IMG/VR virus record: IMGVR_UViG_3300037502_002621
Span: 577 to 64,576 of that record
Reading direction: 5' to 3' (one strand)
Length of the DNA: 64,000 bases
Origin: a virus
Lineage: Duplodnaviria > Caudoviricetes
Part shown: positions 7,715-17,918 of the stretch, in pieces
Layout of the letters: each line of letters starts with the position of its first letter
How positions within the stretch are numbered: the stretch's first letter is position 1
Made by a program: the position numbers and the translations under genes
Notes under the pieces: model-generated
Database searches by the model: none
The model's input: the letters and a program-made list of their open reading frames with translations, nothing else
Told to the model about the DNA's origin: nothing

Positions 7715-8079
7715 TCTTCTTGACCTCCAATAAACTCTTCATATTCTTCTTCGGTAATTTCACCCTTAATTAACTTGATTTCCATTTCCAAGCGTTCTAA
7801 TTGCTTTTGGGATTCAACAAGTGCTTTGGTGATGGATTGGAATTGTAATTGTAAAGCATTATCTTTTTCCACTTCTTTCTTTTTAAGTAAAGCGTGGTGT
7901 TCTTGTTTATTTAACTCGGCTTGTTTCTTCCAAGTGTCCAATGATTCGTCCGTATGCCATTCAAGTAAATGGATTTCAATGACTTTGCCATCTGGTGCTT
8001 TTTCCAAATAAACAAGTTTATCGCTAACAGCGATTTGCTTACGCACTTGATTTTTAATTTCGCTTAATGTTTGTCGCAT
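7711..8079 (-). CDS. Coiled-coil hypothetical protein
   Basis: 122 aa, identical protein in B. Confidence 0.75.
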   Translation of the reverse strand: MRQTLSEIKNQVRKQIAVSDKLVYLEKAPDGKVIEIHLLEWHTDESLDTWKKQAELNKQEHHALLKKKEVEKDNALQLQFQSITKALVESQKQLERLEMEIKLIKGEITEEEYEEFIGGQEE

Positions 8080-8088
8080 AATTATAAT

Positions 8089-8109
8089 CTCCTATATAAA
8101 TTATAGCAT
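8089..8109 (-). promoter_or_regulatory. Extended -10 promoter + RBS motif
   Basis: ATGCTATAATTTATATAGGAG. Confidence 0.6.
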
Positions 8110-8408
8110 TATGATACAGTGGGTTTTACCCCAAAGAACTTTGCGTGAATCCACACACCAATAGCAAAGGTTATCGGTTTCTCAATGGTAAAAGGCAACC
8201 ACAAGAACGCTTGATAACCAACACCAATAGAGAACAATAAGTCGTTCTCAAATAACCACCCAAATAGAATTGCAATGTAAGACCACCCATTGGTGATAAT
8301 CCAAGCGATTCCGAATGAGATAAACATCTTGGGTGTTAAGTAGGGTTTTATTTTACTTTTTAAGTCTGCGATCAACTTTGGCAACCATTGTTGCTTTGTG
8401 TTCGGCAT
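8109..8408 (-). CDS. Small membrane protein
   Basis: Hydrophobic; SFGIAWIITNGWSY and FLWLPFTIEK conserved in B. Confidence 0.7.
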   Translation of the reverse strand: MPNTKQQWLPKLIADLKSKIKPYLTPKMFISFGIAWIITNGWSYIAILFGWLFENDLLFSIGVGYQAFLWLPFTIEKPITFAIGVWIHAKFFGVKPTVS

Positions 8409-8481
8409 ATGCTTCTTTTAGTTCTTTCCATTTGGGTAGGCGTTTATATTCCCTACGCCATTGTCTATCGGTGAAAGACAT
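8353..8481 (-). CDS. Small basic protein (42 aa, not in ORF track)
   Basis: MSFTDRQWRREYKRLPKWKELKEA...; homolog at 41161..41304 keeps TDR..RR..RLPKWKEL. Confidence 0.6.
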   Translation of the reverse strand: MSFTDRQWRREYKRLPKWKELKEAYAEHKATMVAKVDRRLKK

Positions 8482-8482
8482 A

Positions 8483-11400
8483 TTAACCTATTTTCTTTTT
8501 AACTTCATCAAGTTCCTTTTTAAGTTCTTGAATGGTCTTAACCAACATTGGGATTAGCACAGACATCTTAATTGACTTAAAGTCGGCAATATCATCTCGT
8601 TCGCTTGTAGAAACCATATTAGGGAACACTTGTTCAAACTCTTGAGCAATAAACCCTAAGTGAGTTGGTTTGTCTTGCTTTTCTTTTTTAAGCGAGTATT
8701 TAACCACACGCAACTTCATTAAATCTTCGGTATAGTTTCTTGCTTCGACAACATTTTCTTTTATGCGAATATCACTTGCTGTTCCATAAGTTCCGTTATC
8801 GTTATAGATGTCGCCATCTGCTTCAACATAAGCGACAACACCACTATCAAACGCCCAATTTTGTATATTGCCTGTTGCAGTTGCGTTGTTTTGATTAACC
8901 GTTAATGGAACATTAGCGTCTGCAATATCTCTTTCAATCACAACGCCTTGATTACTTAAATGAACACTTGCGTTAGCACTATTGGTTGTGTTGATTAACT
9001 TACCGATACCATTGACTGCTAATTGTGCCGTTCCTGCTTTTTGCCACACTTGTATATTGCCAGTGGCAGACGAGTTTTGTAGATTTACAATAAGGGCAGG
9101 GTTCGTAGTTGCTCTATTGTGAGAAACACGAACACCAGTAGTTAAAGTTTCTACAAACGAATCGTCTTGGTCTAAACCACCAATACCAACTGAACTTGCA
9201 AAGCGACCAGTCACTGAAACTCTTGCTAATAAAACACCATTAATTTGCCAATTTTGTAAGTTTGCCGTATGACTTGCGACCGTATCAACGATTAACGGCA
9301 CACGATTTGTCGCACCCGATTTGACTTGTAATTGGGCTGTGGGCGAGGTTTCATTGATACCAACAAGACCAGCATACTTAACAACAAAAGGTGTAATTGT
9401 AGTTGCCCCATTATAAATATCAATTTGGAAATCATCGCCATTTTTTCTTAAATCAACATATTCATTAACAACATTACTTACACCACTTTCTGCTAATCTT
9501 ATTCTTGAATCAGTAGATGAAGAAGTTGTTTCGCTATCTTGAATAATTAACATTGGGTTAGCGTCAAAGATGTGCAATTTTGCACCAGGACTACTCGTTC
9601 CAATCCCAACATTACCATCATCACGAATACGCATTCTTTCAACAGTGACACTGTTTGAACGAGTGTAAAATTGTAAATCACTATCACCAGCAACTGCACG
9701 GTTAGTTCTTAACCCTCTTATTTCAGCAGAACTTATATCTCCATCTATTGAACTTACTCTAAAACTTAATAAAGCGTAGTCGTTATTACTATCACTATTG
9801 CTGTTTCTACGAATTTGTAATCCAAGCGTATTGCTTGAAGCAACGACCGTTAAGGGAGTTGCAGGACTCGCTGTCCCAATCCCAACTTTTCCATCAGGCA
9901 TAATGGTCATCTTTTCGGTTGTTGTTCCAGCGTTGTTTGTTTGAAAAGATAATCTACCACTATTGTCAGCACCACTACGAATACCTGCGATAAAACCAAG
10001 GTTGTTTGAAACACCAGCGTCATCTTGAATATCAAAACCAAAAATAGTTCCAAACCCATCAACCATATTACCACTTGTAGTGTGTTTTAATGATAATGCC
10101 GTTCTTAATCCATCGGTAATTGTGCTTGTTCTTGTAATGGTTGTAAGATTAGGACTACTTGCCGTTATTTGTGGTGCGAGTATTGTAGCACTTGCGTTTC
10201 TATCAAACTTGAATTGCGTGACCGAAGCGTTGCCGAACACCATTTGATTACTTGCGTCAGTGAATGCTCCTTGACCTAACGCAGTAGAGTTAGTCGCAGT
10301 TGCTAATTGAGAAGCGTTCGTTCCACTTGAACGACCTAAAAAGGTGTTGTCGCTACCAGTTGTAATTGTTTGACCACTACCATTACCAATAGCAGTGTTA
10401 TTACCACCACTTGATAAATTGCTTAAAGAAGCACGACCAAGAGCAGTGTTTCTTGTTCCACTTGTAATTGCCACTAATGATTGATAACCAATACCAGTAT
10501 TTTCAATACCAGTTGTAGTTGTGTTTCCACTTTCAATACCAACAAATATGTTTTGTGTTCCAAAATTTGTTAATAATCTCGTTCCATTTTGGTAGAACCA
10601 ACCATTGACATCAACTTCCAACTTCTTATCGCTACTACCGACTTGTAGTTCAAGAATGTTGCCTGTTCCTTGTTGCTTACGCACGATAAGGGCAGAGTTA
10701 GTGTCATTTATGTTTCTTGAAACAAGACCACCATTATTTGTGGTTTGAAAAGATGAGTTGTTAAAATTAATCGAATTATATAAACCAAATGGTGTGTTAA
10801 AACCACCTGATACAAAAACATCTCCACCACTTCCAACTCTAAATCTTGCTGATGTGTTTAATTGGGCGACAATTAAATCGGCAGTTGTAGAAGCAACACC
10901 ATTAACAATTAAAGGACTTGTTCCAACTGCACTATTCGTAATACGAGTGTTGGTTAAAGTTTGTGTGCCATCAATAATGTTTTCGGTATTATCTAATGCC
11001 GTATTCGCATTATCATATGCGTTTTGACCTAAATCACCACGATAAGCAGTCGTTGCCGTAGTTCCCAATGCTAATGATGGACTAATCACGGCATATGTAG
11101 AACCTGTCCAACGATAGATTAACCCAGTATCAATCGCACAATAGATAATATCGGCTTCACCAACAAGTGGGAATGACGCTAAATCGGCAAACTCAATATA
11201 GTCATCTTGTTCGCCACTTAAATATTGTGAAGAAATCTTGCCATTACTGTTTAGTGGAACAACACCATTGTTTGCACCCTTTTGTGATAATGGAATATAA
11301 GTCGCACTCGCTGAACCAATCTTTAAGTATGTGGTATTGATTACATCACCATTTTGATCGCTTAATGCTTTGGTGACAACCGTAGTGCCATCTTCAATAT

Positions 11401-12790
11401 TAAGAATATTGCTTTCGGCAGTGGTCATACGACCTTCAAGACTATCAATGTCGCCTTCGGCAGTCGTCATGCGTCCTTCTAACGAGTCAATATCGGATTC
11501 GGCAGTGGTTAAATCGGCAACATTTTCCCAACGACTATTTGCCGAATTATAACGCAAGACATTCTTATTGGCAACCGATGTAATATTTACATCTTGTAAA
11601 TCGCCTAATTTGGGTTCAATGTTAATACGAACTTGATAAACACCATTATTAGCAGGTCCAGATGTTTCTGCTTTGATGACGGCACACATTAAAATCTTGG
11701 CATTTGGTGCTGTCGGAATCGTAGAAGTTAATTCACCATTGTTAATACTACTACTGGAGAAATACAATAGATTACCAGCGACAAATGAACCAGTATCAAC
11801 ACCATCTAATTTACCAAAGTGTAAGACATAACCAAAATCATTATTGGCAATATTGTGTTTGGCAATACCCATAATCAACTTTGGGTTCGCATTAATTTCG
11901 GCAGGAACGGCTGGTTTCATTAAGATATGGTCGCCTTGATAACCACCAAATTGAATAACTTGTCCCTTTGTGATCGTGGCACTTGCTTTACCATAATAAA
12001 ACACATCTTCGCCAATTTCCATATTTACATCGTTGTATAAACCTAATTGGACTGTGCCATTAGGTTGTTCCCAATTTAATTTACCCGTATTGGTTGTAAT
12101 GTCGCCATTACCCGTTGGGGTTAATTTTAGCGTTTCCATATTTAGTTCAACTTCTTCGGCAGTCGAACCATTGATGTAATATAACTTACCTAATGAACCA
12201 TCGGCATTATTCTTGACTAAAAACCATTGTCCGTTATACACACCACCAACTAAACTTGGTAATGAACTTGCGATAACAAATATGCCGTTATTTACATTTA
12301 ACTTAGCAGACAACGCACTTAAAAATGTGGTTACATCGCTTGGGTCAAATGGTGGCACTTCTTCGGTTGAATTTGGGGCATACGCAATTTGTAAGTGGAA
12401 AATATCGCTAACATAAACAGGGGCAGTCACCGATGTGATTACACCATCAACAATGGTAATGCCACCTTTATATGCCTTAAAAGCAATCGTCACTTTACCG
12501 ACATAAGCACTATACCAATCATTCAACTCTAACTTATAGTAGGTTTCTAATCCATCAACAATCTTGGTTAATAAATCATAGCGTTTATCGCCATTTGCTC
12601 GTTTAACATCTACGGCACATTCAACAGCACCCAAATCTTCTTCGTTGGGCATGTAGAATCGTATTTCGGTTGCTTCATTACTGCCGACAAAATCTTCGCC
12701 AAAATACGAAATGGGTTTGCCATTTGCGTCATACGGCTTTCTATCGGACTTGTAATAAACATTGATTATTTTTGCTGTGTTAAAACTCAT
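8483..12790 (-). CDS. Tail fibre/receptor-binding protein with C-terminal Peptidase_S74-type chaperone
   Basis: NTAIG/NTFLG beta-repeats, GxVGIGT repeats, C-terminal SDIRIKEN..GFIAQE..LVKTIQEL. Confidence 0.85.
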   Translation of the reverse strand: MSFNTAKIINVYYKSDRKPYDANGKPISYFGEDFVGSNEATEIRFYMPNEEDLGAVECAVDVKRANGDKRYDLLTKIVDGLETYYKLELNDWYSAYVGKVTIAFKAYKGGITIVDGVITSVTAPVYVSDIFHLQIAYAPNSTEEVPPFDPSDVTTFLSALSAKLNVNNGIFVIASSLPSLVGGVYNGQWFLVKNNADGSLGKLYYINGSTAEEVELNMETLKLTPTGNGDITTNTGKLNWEQPNGTVQLGLYNDVNMEIGEDVFYYGKASATITKGQVIQFGGYQGDHILMKPAVPAEINANPKLIMGIAKHNIANNDFGYVLHFGKLDGVDTGSFVAGNLLYFSSSSINNGELTSTIPTAPNAKILMCAVIKAETSGPANNGVYQVRINIEPKLGDLQDVNITSVANKNVLRYNSANSRWENVADLTTAESDIDSLEGRMTTAEGDIDSLEGRMTTAESNILNIEDGTTVVTKALSDQNGDVINTTYLKIGSASATYIPLSQKGANNGVVPLNSNGKISSQYLSGEQDDYIEFADLASFPLVGEADIIYCAIDTGLIYRWTGSTYAVISPSLALGTTATTAYRGDLGQNAYDNANTALDNTENIIDGTQTLTNTRITNSAVGTSPLIVNGVASTTADLIVAQLNTSARFRVGSGGDVFVSGGFNTPFGLYNSINFNNSSFQTTNNGGLVSRNINDTNSALIVRKQQGTGNILELQVGSSDKKLEVDVNGWFYQNGTRLLTNFGTQNIFVGIESGNTTTTGIENTGIGYQSLVAITSGTRNTALGRASLSNLSSGGNNTAIGNGSGQTITTGSDNTFLGRSSGTNASQLATATNSTALGQGAFTDASNQMVFGNASVTQFKFDRNASATILAPQITASSPNLTTITRTSTITDGLRTALSLKHTTSGNMVDGFGTIFGFDIQDDAGVSNNLGFIAGIRSGADNSGRLSFQTNNAGTTTEKMTIMPDGKVGIGTASPATPLTVVASSNTLGLQIRRNSNSDSNNDYALLSFRVSSIDGDISSAEIRGLRTNRAVAGDSDLQFYTRSNSVTVERMRIRDDGNVGIGTSSPGAKLHIFDANPMLIIQDSETTSSSTDSRIRLAESGVSNVVNEYVDLRKNGDDFQIDIYNGATTITPFVVKYAGLVGINETSPTAQLQVKSGATNRVPLIVDTVASHTANLQNWQINGVLLARVSVTGRFASSVGIGGLDQDDSFVETLTTGVRVSHNRATTNPALIVNLQNSSATGNIQVWQKAGTAQLAVNGIGKLINTTNSANASVHLSNQGVVIERDIADANVPLTVNQNNATATGNIQNWAFDSGVVAYVEADGDIYNDNGTYGTASDIRIKENVVEARNYTEDLMKLRVVKYSLKKEKQDKPTHLGFIAQEFEQVFPNMVSTSERDDIADFKSIKMSVLIPMLVKTIQELKKELDEVKKKIG
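11414..11510. repeat. 42-bp tandem repeat (14-aa coiled coil) in fibre gene
   Basis: TTCGGCAGT at 11414, 11456, 11498; encodes TTAE.DIDSLEGRM. Confidence 0.8.
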
Positions 12791-12796
12791 ATATAT

Positions 12797-12820
12797 ACCT
12801 ACCTATATAAATTATATCAT
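12797..12820 (-). promoter_or_regulatory. Extended -10 promoter + RBS motif
   Basis: ATGATATAATTTATATAGGTAGGT. Confidence 0.6.
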
Positions 12821-12830
12821 TGTAAAAATG

Positions 12831-15542
12831 CTATATTTTCCAGTTGTTAATGTAAATGGTAATATCGTCATTATCGCCCATTGTATAATCGTTGATCGCA
12901 AATAAGAACTTGACCGTTGTGCCATCGGTGGCATAGATACCTACATTGGTTATTGGACTTGTGTTGCGTGTGCCACTATATGTGCTATATAAGTCTAAAT
13001 CCAACCGATTTGGTGTATTAACTAAATCACGATTGATAATCACACGCTTGTTGGTTGATGAACTTGGGGCATTGTCGGTATATAACTTATTGGCATTTTC
13101 AGGTGTAAATCGTGTCGTATTGTTTATAATGTAATGGTATCGTAATGTTCCAGTAAAGGTTGAGAATAAGTCATTACCAACAACGATATTGCCATTTGCG
13201 TTATAATCATCGTTTGCTTGTAGCATATATTCAAATACGGGTATTTCAAATGCGTCTTTATCATAAGTTAATTCAGTAATTTGAAGAGAATAATTACCTT
13301 GTGTTGAAACCGAGTTTCCATAAAAGTTATCTGGGACTTGAGTTAAATCGGTAAAAGGAATAATTGGGTCAGGTGTATAAGTGCTATTGTAATGTGCGAT
13401 TGCGTCCGTTAAATCATCGGTGTCCAATAAGAAAAACTCATAAGCACTTGATTTGCCAACGCTATTGGTATAAACAATCGGTGTTTGAACATAAGTCGCA
13501 CCAGTGGAATCTAAACGATAACCAAGCACATTGTTATCTTGATAATTGATATTAAATAACTTTGATTTGTGTAAATCGAAAATAGAACCATTGGCAACAT
13601 GTCGCACAACTTCGGTTGTAATCGAAGTTGGTTTATATCGCCATTCGGCTATGGTGGTAAAATCAAAGTCCGTTCCTGCCAAAGAACCATTGAACACAAG
13701 TGCTTTGGACATTGGCAAATATGGTGTATCGTTATTGCCGTCTGTTAAAGATAATTCAATATAATCTTTGTATAATTGATTTCGATAAACTAAATTATCA
13801 TCAGGAATCTTATAAGTGATAACGGAACTGTCTGCGATAATGTTTTCGGAACGACCAATGCGATTACGAGATAATGTATAAACCACATTGTAATATTCGT
13901 TGCCATCTTTAATCGTTGCGTCAATAGACCTTTGCGTAATTACATAAAGTTGGTTGCTATCACGCACAATTTGTCCAAGTGCTAAAATACTTGCCAACGA
14001 TGTATAACGAGCGTTGCGTATCTTTGTGCCTTCTACGGAATCGTTTGTGTGCGAAGTAATTAAGCGTGAAACAGACAATGCGTCAATGACTTTACCATTT
14101 TGATTAAAGTATTTTTCATCTTGAGCATTGTTATCGTTGTCGATAGAAACTTTAATATCGGCAACAGGGTAATATGCGACTTGAATTAAAATCTTATCGT
14201 TTGGAATTTCGTTTGCGAAGAAACCAGTTGTGCGATAAGTTGGTCTTAACCAAACTTCATTATTGGTTAATGGATCAAGATAAAGGCGATATATTTTATT
14301 GTGGTCAGTTGTGCCTTCAAGCCCATTTCTAAAAGATAATGGCATAATGATTTGGTTTGTATTCGGCAACCAATGAACACTTCTATCTTTTAAGTCAGGG
14401 TATGTCGTTGTGTTTAGCGTATCAAATTCAAACTTGTTATAAATCGTCATCTTTTTGCCAAACATTCTAATTTGTGGGTCGGCACCAACCAAAGCGTTAA
14501 TGTTATCATAAATAGAACTTATATCGGTTTCGCCATAATTAACTTTGAAATGTTCTAATGGTTCAGGCAACTCATCGGCAATCGTTTGTTTTTGTGCTGT
14601 TGAATAAGCACCAAAATTTGTCGCAACAATTAAGTCATACCATTCTTGGCGACTTAAATAATAACCAGTCGCAATTTGCGTTAAAATTGTTCCACCACTA
14701 TTGACGAACACAAGTTCCATCGGTGGGAAAATACGCATAAACTCTATCTTGTCTATTTTGCTTGGCAATAAAACCTTTGCGTCTGCTTCAACATAAGTCA
14801 ATGAGTTTGGTGTAATGTTCTTAAATCCACCTTGTTTTGGCAACACAACCAAATTAGATGACTTAGCATTTTGTATGTTAGAAACCGAACGAGTGGTAAA
14901 TTGATCATTGGAATTGATATTGCGTTCATAAGAAGTTGGGAATTGCGTATTTAATGTTTCCACAATAGCCGTATCTAAACCATTACGATTGATAAATGTT
15001 AATTTTGGTTGATAACCACTACTAATATCGACATATGCTTTGGGAATTGCGTTAATTGCTCTTGCGATGTTCTTAACGGCATTAGCGACCGTAAAGTTTT
15101 CAAAAGACATAAACGGCATTGTCTTATCTTTGTCCAAGAACGCAGGAAACACAAATTGAACATTCAACTTGGCGATGGCGAACAATCTAATTAGCATTTC
15201 TTCTAAATCATAAGTATTAGGGGCAAACGCACAATTAGGCAAGTGTTTGTAAGCATACCATTCTAAGTATTCAACCACTTGTATTTCGTGTTCGTATTCG
15301 CCTGTGTGTATATATGTGCTTTCGTCACTCTTGATAACCCACCAAGTGTTAGTGTCGGCATGGTAGATAACCGTATTGACTTCAAATTCTTCTCGATATG
15401 TAGAATCGGTCACAACCTTAAACTTGGCATTACTTGGTGTATCATTCAAATTATCTTCAATGTTAAAAATACCCGCAATGTCTAATTCAACAAGTTGGGC
15501 ATTGGTTAGTTTATTGTATAAGCGTATTTTTCCGTTTGGCAT
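12831..15542 (-). CDS. Large tail/baseplate hub-like structural protein
   Basis: 903 aa, directly upstream of fibre, beta-rich composition; assignment by position. Confidence 0.6.
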   Translation of the reverse strand: MPNGKIRLYNKLTNAQLVELDIAGIFNIEDNLNDTPSNAKFKVVTDSTYREEFEVNTVIYHADTNTWWVIKSDESTYIHTGEYEHEIQVVEYLEWYAYKHLPNCAFAPNTYDLEEMLIRLFAIAKLNVQFVFPAFLDKDKTMPFMSFENFTVANAVKNIARAINAIPKAYVDISSGYQPKLTFINRNGLDTAIVETLNTQFPTSYERNINSNDQFTTRSVSNIQNAKSSNLVVLPKQGGFKNITPNSLTYVEADAKVLLPSKIDKIEFMRIFPPMELVFVNSGGTILTQIATGYYLSRQEWYDLIVATNFGAYSTAQKQTIADELPEPLEHFKVNYGETDISSIYDNINALVGADPQIRMFGKKMTIYNKFEFDTLNTTTYPDLKDRSVHWLPNTNQIIMPLSFRNGLEGTTDHNKIYRLYLDPLTNNEVWLRPTYRTTGFFANEIPNDKILIQVAYYPVADIKVSIDNDNNAQDEKYFNQNGKVIDALSVSRLITSHTNDSVEGTKIRNARYTSLASILALGQIVRDSNQLYVITQRSIDATIKDGNEYYNVVYTLSRNRIGRSENIIADSSVITYKIPDDNLVYRNQLYKDYIELSLTDGNNDTPYLPMSKALVFNGSLAGTDFDFTTIAEWRYKPTSITTEVVRHVANGSIFDLHKSKLFNINYQDNNVLGYRLDSTGATYVQTPIVYTNSVGKSSAYEFFLLDTDDLTDAIAHYNSTYTPDPIIPFTDLTQVPDNFYGNSVSTQGNYSLQITELTYDKDAFEIPVFEYMLQANDDYNANGNIVVGNDLFSTFTGTLRYHYIINNTTRFTPENANKLYTDNAPSSSTNKRVIINRDLVNTPNRLDLDLYSTYSGTRNTSPITNVGIYATDGTTVKFLFAINDYTMGDNDDITIYINNWKI

Positions 15543-15551
15543 ATATGTCCT

Positions 15552-16040
15552 TTACTGGTTTTTATAAGTAATTTTACCAAATATATTTTTGCTAACTTTG
15601 TAGTCTTGTCCCAATACAGTTTGACCTGAAACGATTTTAAGGTAGTTCGCTTGGTTTTCTTCTTTTGCTTTCTTTTGTTGTTCTCTAAACCAACGATCAA
15701 ATTCCATAATCGCAAATTGTATTAAGATTAAACCACCCGTAGTTGCTAACGCACCAAGTCCTTTGGTTGAGGCTTCGTTAATAAAACCCATACCAGCACG
15801 AGCAACTCGTTGTCCCTTTTCCCACCAACCACCAGTCCATCGGTTCATCAATGGGTTAATTGGACGCATATATCGGTTATGTTCTACACCACCACGACTA
15901 CCACCGAAGTTAAATAGTCTGCCTCCACCACCACCCTTAGAACCAGCACCTTTAATGGCAACGGGATTGCCGTTAATATCAAAATTCTTTGCTTGTTGCC
16001 CAGTCATATCTTCGACTAAAAAACGATAAATGGTTGCCAT
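15552..16040 (-). CDS. Gly-rich structural protein at tape-measure position
   Basis: 162 aa with Gly run, one hydrophobic segment and short charged helix. Confidence 0.5.
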   Translation of the reverse strand: MATIYRFLVEDMTGQQAKNFDINGNPVAIKGAGSKGGGGGRLFNFGGSRGGVEHNRYMRPINPLMNRWTGGWWEKGQRVARAGMGFINEASTKGLGALATTGGLILIQFAIMEFDRWFREQQKKAKEENQANYLKIVSGQTVLGQDYKVSKNIFGKITYKNQ

Positions 16041-17272
16041 TAGTAAGCACCAACCTTAAAGGACAATGTTAAAGTCAAGACATCGCCATTCGTGTTTTGA
16101 ACACCTGATTCGCTTAACTTCGCATAGAATTTATCAACAATAAGAGTCCCAAGTGAGTAGCGATATTCTTTAATCGTAAATATTTGATTTGTATATGTCG
16201 TAGCACCACTACCATAGCGAGAGAATTTGTATAAGTCATTAAACAATGCGTTTGCTCTATCATAGACAAACGAGTAATTTAATTTATTTTGGACTGCCAA
16301 GTTTCGGTCAATAGATTGATAACCATTTGCGTATAGTTGATATGTGTCGTCATTTAACGACAAACTTGATGGAATTTCTAATGGTTCAACATCGTAAATC
16401 GTTCCTGTATCTTTGCCAACTTGTATTGTTGTTTTCACAATATCGTTGCCCAATGCCACATTGTTCTTTACAATGGTAGCCGAACCACCAAAGAATAATA
16501 ACACTCTGTCTAAACCATTGTTGATAAATGGTTCATCGCTTTGAACACCATTAAACGACAAAGACACTTTGTAAATAGAATCAACATTTCCAACTTCGGT
16601 TGCTACACCATAAGTGTATGTGACGGGACTTGCCGATGATAATGTTAATCCTCGTTGATATAACTTGCCATTATAGACAAACCAAAATATCGCAGGAATG
16701 CCAGTAATTGAAAATGGTGTCGTATTAACATAATTGTGATATTGCGTATCAATATCGTTAGACCAATCGGTTGTCGCACTTGTTGGGTTATAACTACCAT
16801 TGATTGTAAAATAATTTGGAATAGCAGTCGCACCAAGTCTTAATTCTGGTTTATCACTTGTGGTGTTAATCGTGTTTGGTGTTAAGATTTTGCTTGTGCC
16901 ATTCGTTAAAGCAACCATATCGTATTTGTTGCCACGCAAGGTATCAATAAGCGTTTTAATCTTATCTAAGACATAATCACGATCACTAAGTTGAATATCA
17001 AATCGCACTTGATATTCAAGTGGGGTAATATAATTAGTTCTAATGTTTAAGATTTCGGCTTGACCACTTTGCGAGATAACACCCATCGCTTTATAATTGC
17101 TAACGGACTTCTCTTGGTTTTGTAAAGCAATCATGTCCTTAATGTTTGCCACATAACGACTAACCGATTGTTCATCTTCAATTTGTTCGTAAAAAGAAGC
17201 GAGAAAAATTGTATTGTCGTTGAGTTTATCAACAAAGATTTGTCTTAATAAATCAATATCATATATTGCCAT
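16040..17272 (-). CDS. Putative tail protein
   Basis: 410 aa after neck genes; assignment by position. Confidence 0.55.
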   Translation of the reverse strand: MAIYDIDLLRQIFVDKLNDNTIFLASFYEQIEDEQSVSRYVANIKDMIALQNQEKSVSNYKAMGVISQSGQAEILNIRTNYITPLEYQVRFDIQLSDRDYVLDKIKTLIDTLRGNKYDMVALTNGTSKILTPNTINTTSDKPELRLGATAIPNYFTINGSYNPTSATTDWSNDIDTQYHNYVNTTPFSITGIPAIFWFVYNGKLYQRGLTLSSASPVTYTYGVATEVGNVDSIYKVSLSFNGVQSDEPFINNGLDRVLLFFGGSATIVKNNVALGNDIVKTTIQVGKDTGTIYDVEPLEIPSSLSLNDDTYQLYANGYQSIDRNLAVQNKLNYSFVYDRANALFNDLYKFSRYGSGATTYTNQIFTIKEYRYSLGTLIVDKFYAKLSESGVQNTNGDVLTLTLSFKVGAY

Positions 17273-17273
17273 A

Positions 17274-17918
17274 TTATACTCCCATTATTTGTGCGACTAA
17301 ATCGCTTGTGTCCATTACCATTTCTTTTGGTGCTGATTCACGCAAAGTTAATCCCTTAGAAGAAGTTAATAAGCGTAATCCACTTAATGACGCAATCTTT
17401 GGTAATTCTTTTTCTAATATGCGTTCAATGTAAGCATAGTGAATGTTATAACGGAACTTAGACTTTTCGTTGCGTGTTTCATAAGCACGATTTGTTAATC
17501 TTCTTTGTGCGTTCCAATATGAACGCTTACCCGTATTAAATGTGCCACGATATTCTGGTGTGATAACACCATTAGAATCAACCGAACCAACCGAGTAATC
17601 ACGCTTTGATAGTGGGAAAACACCTGCTTGACTACCACGAGTTTGTTTTGAACCACGAAATGGATTACGAATAACTTTTGCGTCTTCCAAAATGTGATAA
17701 TAAGGTGCGACCTTTTCGGCATAATCGTTTCCAAGTTCAAAATATTGAACCGTAGGCGAAACCACCACAATGGGATTATTGTTAAACGCAATATTCTTCA
17801 TATGTGGTTTGAATTGCTTAGTGGGAAACTTTTTTCTATCGCTAAATGGGAAAATGTCGGAAGCACTCATTTCCGTTTTAAGTGTGACGGCTAACCGACT
17901 TGCGATATTGTTTATCAT
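17274..17918 (-). CDS. Putative neck/tail-completion protein
   Basis: Basic 214-aa protein, third gene after capsid; APYYHILE resembles the A.Y...VE motif of HK97 gp10-like proteins. Confidence 0.5.
   Translation of the reverse strand: MINNIASRLAVTLKTEMSASDIFPFSDRKKFPTKQFKPHMKNIAFNNNPIVVVSPTVQYFELGNDYAEKVAPYYHILEDAKVIRNPFRGSKQTRGSQAGVFPLSKRDYSVGSVDSNGVITPEYRGTFNTGKRSYWNAQRRLTNRAYETRNEKSKFRYNIHYAYIERILEKELPKIASLSGLRLLTSSKGLTLRESAPKEMVMDTSDLVAQIMGV

Noticed and set aside
8483-10800. Diversity-generating retroelement or shufflon acting on the fibre
   Set aside because: No reverse transcriptase or invertase; differences are not adenine-specific; no inverted cassettes
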